A program made the translations under genes and the position numbers. The notes under the pieces are model-generated. The model was not told the DNA's origin, did no database searches, and saw nothing but the letters and a program-made list of their open reading frames with translations. From NCBI GenBank assembly GCA_036172245.1, contig JAYWIR010000029.1, positions 1,550,001 through 1,614,000 on the forward strand: DNA of 64,000 nt. The letters run 5' to 3'. Position 1 is the stretch's first letter, and each line of letters opens with the position of its first letter. Source of the stretch: Raillietiella orientalis. Taxonomy: Eukaryota. Shown here in pieces: positions 53,286 through 64,000 of this stretch.

Positions 53286-56200
53286 TCAGCTCCCTTGTTC
53301 CTCACTTCGTAACATGGGATGAGTCATTGCCCTGCTAAGTGCACGTCTATTAGTGGATGTGGTTTCAGCCTTATGGGTCATTTATCGCTTTTTATTCTAC
53401 GTCAGATCGGAAAAATGGACTGCATTCTGTGATCATGGCATTTCGAGATTCAGGGATGCAATGTTTCATAAGCTTCGGATAAGCAGTTCACTATCCTGTC
53501 TGGAAGACCGATGGCATTTGCAACTGGGGACGTACGACGATTCGAAGGAAAAAAAAAAAAAATCGTGTGGTCTCAATAGAGAAATTAATCTGCCACAGTT
53601 CTTGTACACGTGACACTGATTCATATCGGTTTTAGGGAGTAGCTGCAGTCAAGGGAACAGCATTCTGTAAATGATGAGAATTTCTACTAAAACGAAAGTA
53701 TCTGCTTACAATAGATGTCGGAGGTCTTTTTCCGGAAGTCCTGGTTTATGGCCGAGGTTCTCTCCACATCGACTGTGGTTGTGACTCTCTTTGATTTGTT
53801 GTCAAGTGCTGTTTACATCACCAGTTGTTATGGGTGAACGAAACCGCTGCATCCTGAAGTTTGTTTCCCACTAAGACGAGTACGTCGTCCCTTCTTTCTC
53901 CCTAGATTTCCCATCCATTCTGCGGGTATCTCCATAAGTTGCCCCGGGTGGACCAATGAAAGCTCACGTTGCCACTGAAGTCTCAGGAAAGATTACGCGG
54001 AGAAGGGCTTTGATTTTAGAAAAGCTGGCAATTCGAATGATGCGCGCGCACGGGTGATGCGTGAATGCGATTCAGACTGCATGGTAGAATGGGTAACGTT
54101 CCATTTGCCATAATCCACGCTCCGTCAGGGTCTGCAACTTGCTCCAAACATCCCCCTCCCCAGAAAGAAAGGAAAAAAAAAATGACCGGAGGCGGACTCG
54201 TCCATTAATTAACCAACCGTTTGATTTCAAGAAAGAGCACAAATCTTCGCCTTTGCGGTGCCCAGATCGTGCAGGCACTCCAGTCAAATCGAGAGGCTCA
54301 TTTTACATTCTCGCCCGTCGAAATTTCAGGAATGTTTGTAGCATATCTCTTTCTGCATGTGGGAAAGGAAGACCCGGAATCTTCTGTGCTCGTAATCCCA
54401 GGCTGAACATAAGCGCCTGTAAGCCTGCTGGGATCAGAGCTTTTATTCTCATTAGCCAGATCTTCCCGTACTGAGATCCTGCAGAGGCTTCAAGGATGCT
54501 TTTCATCAGTCATATGGGACCAGAACACACACTTTCGATGAAGGAAAAGTGCACGATGAGCGCCCAATTCTTCTGGAAAATGAAGGAAGACGAGTTTGGT
54601 GCCACTCGTTTGGGGACTGAAAGTTAAACTGCAAGCAGGACCGGAGGAAATGGCTTCAAGGGGTGAAAAGCCAGATGGCAAGAAATTCAGGCTTACAACA
54701 GGATTTGAAGAGGGTGACAAGGATTTTTTTTTTTTTCAAATGCAAGACATGAGGAGAAGAAATACGGGACGAAAGGGGGCGAGGCGGAACACATGTCACA
54801 GTTTTCGTCTCTTCCTAATAGTTGGAGGAGTCATTTCTTGAATCACTTGCGCAAAAGCGGGGGGAGTGGATGAGTAAAGTTTGGAACTTTGAGATTCTTA
54901 AGAGGAGTTCTTATTCTTGATTTTCCGACTGCAAGGGATTCTCGAGTTTTATTTTTGATGAGGAAGACGCAGGTTTTATCCTCGAGGGAACCGTATGTAC
55001 GAGGAACCACACAACGTGGAGGAAAACATCGATCCATGCAAGTGTGAATAATTAATGAGCTTCAGCTTTCAGAATGTACATGCCATATAGGCCAACTGTT
55101 TTCTGAATGATGTACTATAATGGCTTTACTCCCATTGCTTTGTTATGGTTAATGGTCGACCAGTTTGGATCCCATTTTCCTCACCTGAAGAAGAAGTATT
55201 GGTGCTTCAGTGTGCCGAAGAAGCTCAAGCAAAAGAGAAATGGACGGTGCGTGCTGTCTCTCAAGGCGAAATGACGGACCACATGATGAAACAGGGAACG
55301 CACGCTCCGTTTGATTTGTGAACTGTGAACTTCCTACAGAAATTTGGAAATGAGAGAAATCGATTTCCTGAGGGAAAATTTGTCTGCCGAGTGCTTCATG
55401 AGCAGGGAAGCGAGCATTTGCTGAAACCATAAAGAAACCATGAAAGCTTTGCGGAGCGGTGAAATCGTGAAGCTTTACCGAGGAGCGATTATTGCTGTTT
55501 GTAAGAAAAATCATTGAGCATTGATTTTCACTTCATCTATCGCCGATGCGGGGTTCGTTTTTTTTTTTTTTTCCGCCCCCCTTTGGAATTATTCTGTATT
55601 GGAAGAACATTCCCAGATACCTTTCTTTTCTCCAGGTCGTGATCAAGGAGTTCCGCTGGATGTCCAGGAATTCTAAATATAGGGCAGTGATTTAAGAGTC
55701 ACTTTCAATCACTATGAAGTCGTCAGAGCAACAATTTTATTCCTTTGGGATACAGAGACCGCTAATGGTGCTCCGTCACTTATCATTCAAATAATCTTGC
55801 TAGTTTTCACAGAGAAAAGCGGAATTCGCTTTCGTGGCTTTCTCTTGTGCTGTGCCTTCCTTGTCTACGAGTGCATAGAAGGAAAACGAGAAAATTCTTC
55901 AAGGGAAGAGTTGGAATTATGAAATATGGAATCAGCCTCTTTCCTTTCTTTTCGATTTTCGGCGTCGCACTGAAATCCTAGACAAACTTGGCAGCATAGA
56001 AGTTTGCAGTTTCCTCTGTTACTTCGCTGCACACTAAGAATCAACCAATGAGACTTCCAGAAGATGCTGTTTCGAGGCATCGAGAAATTCCTTGGCCAAC
56101 GTTTCAAGCTTCAGAAAAAAGACAAGGGTTCCAATGGGCTGCTGCTGTTCTCCAGCTCGGCGGTGAAAGTGTCATCGTATTCACTCCTTTCACTTTTAAT

Positions 56201-57507
56201 TGTGGTGGGATTTCGTTTAGAATTATGTTTCTACGGAAACTTTCTCTGGCGCTTGTCATAATTAAAACCATCCTGAACGCTTTAACAACAGCAGCAGCAG
56301 CAACGAAAGATTACCTAGGCGTCAAAAAGACATTCTGAATCTGTGTTTATGAGATCAGAACTCTTGCATGTGACCACAGACTTCGAATAAATAGTAAGAT
56401 TAGAATACGAAACCATATAATTGCCATCTGTTGGTGTTCCGAGACTGCATGGACGCTTCCGAATTACCATTCCTTGGAATATTTACTGCATTATAATGCA
56501 AGATGTTTATCATTATTATTATTATTTTTTTGTATCACTAGGAGCATTGGTTTATTGATTAGTGATGCTGAATATTATTCCACGTGCTCTTCGCTCTTGT
56601 GGATGAGGAACGAATGCACTGTGTTTCTAGAACCAGGTAAATTTCTGTTTTCAGTCAACACATGCGACGTGTTTTTTTTTTTTTTTGCCTTTTTGTGTTG
56701 AGATGCTTCTCTTGAATAGCAAAGCAACTTTGAATTTTCGAGCTTGCGTTGTGAAGGCACGGAGTGCTGTGCAAAGTTCCGGGATCTTGAAAGGCTCTTC
56801 TCTGGTGGAAATTTTCGGAGAAAATTATCCTCAATGTGAAATCGAGAACGCTTTTATTGGGCTTTTTCAAGAGACGATTTCGAACCTCCTCATCTGAGCC
56901 CTTTTCGAACTGCACGCTTGAAGATCGCTCATTATGTTGTCAGCTTGCAATTTTACTCCGGCTGACCAACTCTTGTGCCTTGAAGTCGTTTTATGGCCTG
57001 CAAATTACAAACTCTCCATATCCGAATTTTGTTTATTTTGCGGAGTTTGAGAGCGTAAATCCAAGAGCAGGACCAGGTATTTTGAAATCCATGAAGATGA
57101 AGAAAAGCGTTTTAATCGAGACCTCTTGTTCAGTTAGTGCTTGAGGGTTACGGACGGGTAATCACCACCACATTCTGCTTGATGCTTTCCATCAGTTTGC
57201 TTTTTACAGTAAAGTAGTTAGGAATACCTTTTATAAGTGCGATGGATTTTTGCTTCCTTCCTCCCCTCAGGAAAAAGAAAAAAAAAAAATCTGCCTTCGT
57301 CATACTTGGGAAAAACCACCTTTAGTGAGCGTTTTCTGAAGACTTTGATTTCTTGTCATTTTAATTTTCCACTTGGAAGGAAGTATGATTGAATTTTAAA
57401 ACGGAAATCGATCGGTCAACCAATACGGAAGAGATTGCATTGAATCGTTTCTTTCCTGTCTCTCAGTCTCCCCCTCGGTGAACTTTTTTTTTTAATTTTC
57501 TTCGTAG

Positions 57508-58699
57508 AAATGGGGAAACATGCCAATAAGGTAAGTGGATCCAGCGGTATGGTACATGGGCAGCTTGCAACTCCAGTGCTACACCGAGTGGATAGCAGAT
57601 CCAGAGAACGTGATAGCAACAAATGTTTACAGATATATGGATTCGGAAAACATGTGCTTCCTCTGTCTTACGTCAGCTTCAGTTATATCAGTATGGCATC
57701 ATGACTAATCCCATTTTTGCACTCTCATGCCATCATTTCTCTTAGATACATTTTGATGATGCTGAAGGGAGGAACATTTCGGTAAAGTTTAGGTGAGTGC
57801 TTTTTTTGTTTTTTTTAAAAAAAAAACTAATTTCTTTAATTCGTTTATTGTATTAGCGCTCCGGATGATAGCAGTTATACTTTACCACGTATATCCAGCG
57901 ATGTGGCAACACAGATCACGCAGAAGATTGCCAGCCTGCTGGATGCAGACAACCTGAGTGCAAGGAATACGAATCCACCGTCTGAAGAAAGTAAATGTTT
58001 GCAAAATAAGTCAAAATGGAAAACAACCTTCATGTTCTCGATCCAACTGTTTCTCCATGTGCTCTCTTAGAATTAGTCGTGTGGTCACTGTGCTCATTCA
58101 ATTCATAGGTGTTTGGATGTATCTTCTTTTCCCATCACCTTCTCAGATCTTTCTTCTAGGCAAGGTCATAACGAAACCTTCGTTTGCAGTCTTAGATGCG
58201 TTTCCTGTGCGACTGTTCTTCTCGTACGATCAATTCGCTTTCATTTTTGGGGAGGGACCAGTCATGGATTTTTCACTCCTTTGGTCTCTTCGAAAGCAAA
58301 AGAAGCTTAGCAACGATGAGGGCTCACTATTTGTCACAACAGTTCTACTTCTATTAGAGATGCGGCACGAAAGTAGGGAGGTGCTCCACTAATCCCATGC
58401 TCTTCTGATCAAGGTTTATCGTCCACTTAGTTTTTCATCAGCTGACAGAAAAATAGGATTTCCTTCCTGTCACAGCTCGTGGGATTGGAATTTCGATGTG
58501 AAACTTCCCCTTTCTTCTTCAGATTACTGGAAGATGGTTTTTGCGGTGGAAATGCTACATAGTCCCAACACTTCCTTGGACCAGGTGTTTGCCCAATACC
58601 AGGAGGTCAGAAGATTTCTGGAAAACGAGTCTTCGCGTTTAAGCACGAAGATGAGTGAACTGATGGTGCAAGCACCCATGGAGCTAGTCGAATCCTCCG
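57508..58699 (+). CDS. Candidate spliced gene of unknown function (3' end unresolved). Exons 57508-57530, 57746-57792, 57857-57990, 58523-58699
   Basis: Strong pyrimidine-tract acceptors and donors GTAAGT, GTGAGT, GTAAAT, GTGAGT. Phases are compatible and give MGKHANKIHFDDAEGRNISVKFSAPDDSSYTLPRISSDVATQITQKIASLLDADN...NYWKMVFAVEMLHSPNTSLDQVFAQYQEVRRFLENESSRLS... with no stop. Confidence 0.58.
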
Positions 58700-60353
58700 G
58701 TGAGTCTCCTGCATGAAAATCCACTGCATCCCTCAAAGCTGCAATTACAAATGCGACGGGAACCGGAGGATTTGGATCCTGCTTGTCGTATTCGGTCTTT
58801 CCGCAGTCGAAATTTCCAACTCGGCACTGGGAACAGTTCAGGGCCAAGCGTGTGGGACGCTTGCATTGCCGATCCTCTGATGCTTCCCCTCGCTTTGGCC
58901 TGCTTGTGGCAGCGTGAACGGATATGGCGAGGTGATGGAGAGCACGACCTCCAGCTACGAAGCTGGTCGCTTTCATTCAGCGGAAGCGATGAAATCCGTT
59001 TCCCGGGAAACGGAAAAGAGAACAGATTGAATCTGACTGCTACTTTTCGGGTCCCCCAAAAATATGGAGGATGGGTCTCCCTTCCTTCCTTCTTCTTCGG
59101 AGTATCAAGGAAGCAATTAAGTTTCCTCTGCACGGCAGAAAGGAAGACAGTCAAGTGGCAATGAAAACCTAAATACAGGGTCAATTATCCTCCCTCCAGA
59201 GGGTTCACGCAACGATCCTATTTAATTGAGCACTATAAGAGAGGCTGAGGCGATAATTTAAAAAAAGAAAAAGAGAAAAAGAGCTTTAGAGACGGAAGCA
59301 TCAATCTAGTCACCTCTATTACGAAAGAATTCTTCAACCAGAGTTCATTTGATGCGGAGAATTTCACCGCAGAACCTCAGTTTGCGAGAACCAAAAAAGA
59401 AGGGGGGAAAAAAAAAGTGAGGAAGGAAGGAAAAGGAAGTGCGAATCAATCTTCTCTCTAGAAGGGCACGTTAAGAAGAAGGAAAAAGAATCATCAAGTG
59501 GTGTTTGTGGAAGAAGGTTCAGTTGGTGTTGCTTAAAGATCTTCCGAAAGCTGGGGCATCTCGGAACGAAGAATGCCTACCGCTTGCTTGGTGATACAGA
59601 GAGTTCATCGACTTCGCTGCCTTCATGCACGCTGAGGAGACAGTGGGCAGTCATCCGAATAAGCGAGTCCTCACCGAATCACGTTGGGAGGGACTTTCGA
59701 TTTCATGACCGCAGCCGAATTGCTACAAGCACAGTAAAAATCTCCCGCCGCTTGTGTCAAGCGCGGGATGGCAATAAAATCAAAATCACTTACATCCCAG
59801 GCAAAAAACGGAGGGATAAAAGCGCCTTCAATCCTTTGTTCATGCTCACGCAAACAGGATCATAAACGTGGCTCTATGGTGATGGCATCGGTGCTCGTTT
59901 CCTGATGTAACGCATGCATACGCGTAGGTAGACGCAGGTACAAAGTGGTCCTTCACATCAGCCCTCCATGTGCCCACCTCTGCCTGCAGAGGGTAAGCGC
60001 GTGTGTAAAGTGCTCCTCGCATCCTCAGGCAGCACCGAGATGGCGTGATGACGTCGAATATGATGATTTGCCATGAGAACGATGTGCACTCACGTGCATA
60101 AAAATTCGTGGATATGTATGGCAACATGATGTCCGTACCTGTACAAATGCATGTATTATGTATACACTTGCGCGTGAGCATACCTATCGTACGTATGTCC
60201 ATGCACTTTGCATTTCAAGCAAACACGAGAACACAGATAAGTACATGATGCCGTGTCCATACACATGCTTCTACATGTATGTATGTGTACTTCGTCATTT
60301 GCTCCACTGACTGTTTATGTTGGCTAGGATACACGGGGTGGCGGAAACTCGGT

Positions 60354-60730
60354 TTACTCCGAGCTCGTGCACTTCGTCACAGCTTCCTTGCACCTTCCGA
60401 GACGGCGTGCTTGGCCAGTTCTCCGGGCAGCAACAGGCGCACCGCCGTCTGAGCTTCCCGGCTGGTGATGGTCCCGCGCTCTTGTTGTAATGGGACGGGA
60501 GGGACTCTTCTGCTGCGATACGCTCCGAGATGTCGTTCGCGAAGCTGTCCACCAATCGACATGGCTTTGCTGGAGACACCCGTATCTGGGTTGCTTCCAA
60601 ACTCTTTTTGGATGTAGATGGCGTAATTCTCCTTCCTCTTGCGCTTGTTCTTCTTGTCTCCCTTCCTGATGTTCTTCTGCGCCTTGCCTGCCTTCTTCAC
60701 TGCTTTCCCACTAGCAGACTTCGGAGCCAT
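60354..60730 (-). pseudogene. H2B: Histone H2B pseudogene with multiple frameshifts
   Basis: [40 protein letters not shown]...[12 protein letters not shown] / [16 protein letters not shown]...HYNK / [28 protein letters not shown] / AVTKCTSSE* is split over different frames. No histone stem-loop or neighbouring histone gene seen. Confidence 0.93.
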
Positions 60731-63700
60731 CGCGAATCCACAGACCAACACCACTCACTGCACCCTTCGCCATCTTGACGGAATAGATCTGGTAGGCTAC
60801 AGGAGATTCTTGTTAATGATCTACTCCCTACATCTCATCATGTACCATTTTGTCAAGTTTGGATTTTTTACCCGTGTGCATGGGGACATTCGGGAAAGCA
60901 ACTGCTTGTCTGCCTCCTTACCTTATGGCTCGCGCTTCTGTGCTTTCCTTTGCAGGAGCCGAAAATTCGTTCGCAGCTTCCTCGCTGTTTTCCTGATTGC
61001 TTATCTCGGGATCGAAGCTAAGTGGAGATGTAGATGTTGCTCATTTTCCAAGAGCAAATAATCCATTCTCTTTCTCTACTACAGCACAGGGCACTCTCAG
61101 GAAATGCGTGACCGACGCGTGTCTCCTTTTCACTTCCTCCTTCTTCCGTATCAGGGATCAAGAAGAAGAAGAAAAAAAAGAGAAATTCCAGAGAGTTCCA
61201 ATCTTTTGGGCAGAACCCTGTCCATGCCTTCCCAGTGTGCGATTTCGGTACTGCTGCTGCTAGCGAAAGATCATCCTCGTTTCAGAGGAAACTATCCCGT
61301 CGTCAGAGTACAAAAAAAGAGCAAGCCAGAAAATGCAGAGAGTTGCTTCTATATGAAAAAAAAACTCTTCGTGGATGCATCAAAAAGTCAATTCTTTAGC
61401 AAAGAGCATGGATGTTTGGTTTGAGTTACACCACAGGGAGTGGCCACCTTTGTTGATCTCTCTGAGAAGATCTTCGAGGGTGGTTCACTTTATCGGAGAA
61501 TTCATTCTTATACCAGAAAAGGTGTGCACGAAAATGAGTGTCTTTCAAATTGTGTCTCAACGATAGCCGGAGGGCAAGACGAATCTTTTAATCTTTCCAC
61601 CGCAGTCACACGGAAATCGTCGGAATACAGTTTTCGCTCGTTCCTGGAAGCGTGGGAGGAAGTGTCGAGATCTTTTCCTTCGAAAAAAAAAACGGCCCTT
61701 CCCCACCCCTAGCACTGCCACCTCACCTTCCCAAGCCCAACGAGGACACAGGTGCTTTGCATCAGTTAGTTATTAGTCTTCTCGTGAGAGCAGCGCGCCG
61801 ACTCGAAGAGTTTCGTTTTCTGTTTCCGAGCTCCGAGGAGCACCCGAAGGCCGGCTGGACGAAGATGCAGTCGAGGATGAGTGGGAAGGAAAGTCGCGAA
61901 GGTTGCGGAGAGGGTCCCCTGGCTCTTCGAGAGGCAGGGAAGGTCGCAGGCTCGGAAGTCCTCCGCAGATCAAATGCGTGTGATTTATATGGAGGAATCA
62001 GACTTTTCTTCTTCTTCTCCGGCTTCAGCAGGAGGCTGCACAGCAACTGCTCCTCTGCGGGAAGGCATCCGGTATGTGACGGCACAAAAATCCTGTCCCG
62101 AAAGAGTCGCAAAGCAAGGGGATTCTCTCCGCTAGCGCCACCTGCCGCTGCTAACCTCTCAAGAGCACCGGAAGCATTTCGCATGGAAATCTCCGCAAGC
62201 AATGAGACGAGTTTTTTTATGGTACCACGAGTGGGGGACCACGCAGCGATCAGACTATTGTTCGACTGTGATGTGGCCTCCTCATTGCCAGCCGGTCTTG
62301 GTACCTGCTTTTGTGAATCAGCATCCTCAGCTTCTGGAGCCTATAAATAAGGAAATCACATAAGACCGTTACGATAGTGTTTTTTTTTTGACTGTTCAAG
62401 GAAAATTCCTTCAGTAGGTTCCTGTCGATGAAAAATGCACAGGGGTGACGAAGAATAGGCATCTCTTGGAGGAGCGGAAGCTTTCCGCACGAATGGTGCA
62501 ACTCGAAAGGTGAACGTCTGGAAAGTCCTTCCGGGTTAACGGAAGAACTTTTTGCCCCTTCCCAACCTGCAAGACCATCCGAACGACTCTGCATCAGCTC
62601 CGGAGTTGCGACTGCGAGAGGGAGTCTCAGCTGCTCCTGAGGGAGCCGTGGTCATGCGAGGCAGTGCTCTCACCAGTTTTCAAAAGTGGCACTGAGGTCG
62701 CGCAACAGCCATCCTAACTTGCATTCCATGAGTAACCATAGGTTCGGTGCGCTTGGAGTAGTAAACAGAAAGTTGCGTATCTGGTGGTAGATTTGCGAGC
62801 TTTTTCATCTCCGCAGGATCCCCCCGCTTGGGTGCTGATCTTCTGTCATGCTACGGGAGGAGGAGGAGGGGGGAGGAACAAAAAACAAAAAAACATAAAG
62901 CGACTGCCCAACATATTCGATGTTCACAATAGGTACGTGTTGTGTACATCATGGGGGTACAAGTAAGTGCTGAAACGTACGGTATTTTCTGTGCATGCGA
63001 TCGGTTAAATGCGCGCATCATCCAGGCAAAAAAAAAAAGATGAAAACGGAGTCAGCAGGCTCCCGGCAACTGCCATCCGAGTGGAAGACTCTCTCAAGCT
63101 TCCCCCCCTCTTGTGATTTGAGGCTGAGCCAGCAGAGGGTGTGTGAAAAAAAGTCAGGAAAGGATCCCTTCATTTCTCGCTTGTTCTCGCCTCAAGTCTG
63201 ACCTCCGGGCTTGGGAAAAGAAGATGAGGCGTGGACCCCTTCTCCGGTCGCTCGGGATCTCAAGGGCGGCACGTGAGTTGGGATCCTAAGGGAGCCTGTT
63301 CCGGAACAGAATCTCTCTCCATGGGCAAGAGGACCATGAGAGGACCTTCAAGATTCTGATGCTCTCCACTGCAAATGAATTAAGTGCTCTGCTCTCTCGT
63401 TCGAAAGTTCATGGTTCAAAGAAGCTCTGAAAGAAGGATGGTTCAACGGGAAGGCTGTGCTCTTCCAGTCAATTTACTTTAATTATTAATCTCCTTTCCA
63501 GCCCGGTCCTCTTAATTAGGCTATCCAAAAAGAGAAAGCCCATCTTTATTCGAATAAGGAAAATGGGTCTCACCCACAAAAAGTGCCTTCTGATTCGTGA
63601 GAGAATTCGATGAAAAGACTGATGAAGATGAAGATGGACTTCGAGAAAGACAGCGAATGAGCTGGATGCTGGGCGGTCTCCTTCACACATCAACAGATCG

Positions 63701-64000
63701 AATAATCACGGAGAACCGGACATTCAAGCCCAAGGTGATGAGTCAGACTCCAGACAGCAGCGGAGGGTTGTTTTTACAGCTCTGTCAGGTAGTGTGCAGC
63801 AGTAGTTCTCTGCGCTGCCGCCACGCGGAGCTGCGATGGGTCTGAACGCTCAGGAGCGCCAAATGAACTTAAAAAAAAAACGGGAAGTCTTCCACTGGAG
63901 TCGTTATCGGCTCTGAGCCCATAGCAAAGCCAAAACCGCAGCAGCGCACCCCCTTTCAAAGGGCAAGATTCGCAGTGGACCCGAGAAACTTCTCGGCGTG

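Noticed and set aside
61652..62350. 232-aa ORF and its antisense partner
   Set aside because: GTG start, low-complexity composition, and no motif or consistent splice structure.
1..64000. CRISPR arrays, operons, rRNA or prokaryotic defence systems
   Set aside because: The window is spliced eukaryotic DNA; no regularly spaced repeats or rRNA-like sequence were seen.

Overview
Eukaryotic (animal) genomic DNA with very short GT-AG introns, many 40-60 nt, so the six-frame ORF track fragments the real genes. H2B and MED10 sequences look arthropod-like (inference). I assembled four recognisable spliced genes by hand: UBL7 (minus, 86-2433), an NR4A/HR38 orphan nuclear receptor in a GC island (plus, 15654-17784), MED10 (plus, 38489-39135) and CNEP1R1/TMEM188 (minus, 39172-39740). 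The last two converge with only 36 nt between their stops. Also present: an intact Tc1/mariner DD41D-related transposase ORF with no evident TIRs (33365-34399, candidate domesticated gene), a frameshifted histone H2B pseudogene, and an L1/Tx1-like LINE remnant. The LINE remnant's GC-rich head, with A/B-box-like motifs and UUCG loops, has three diverged copies in the window. Three candidate spliced orphan genes lie at ~9-10.7 kb, ~49.9-51.4 kb and ~57.5-58.7 kb. No prokaryotic-type systems such as CRISPR or operons were seen. All gene models are manual and need RNA-seq; family assignments are from remembered motifs, not database searches.
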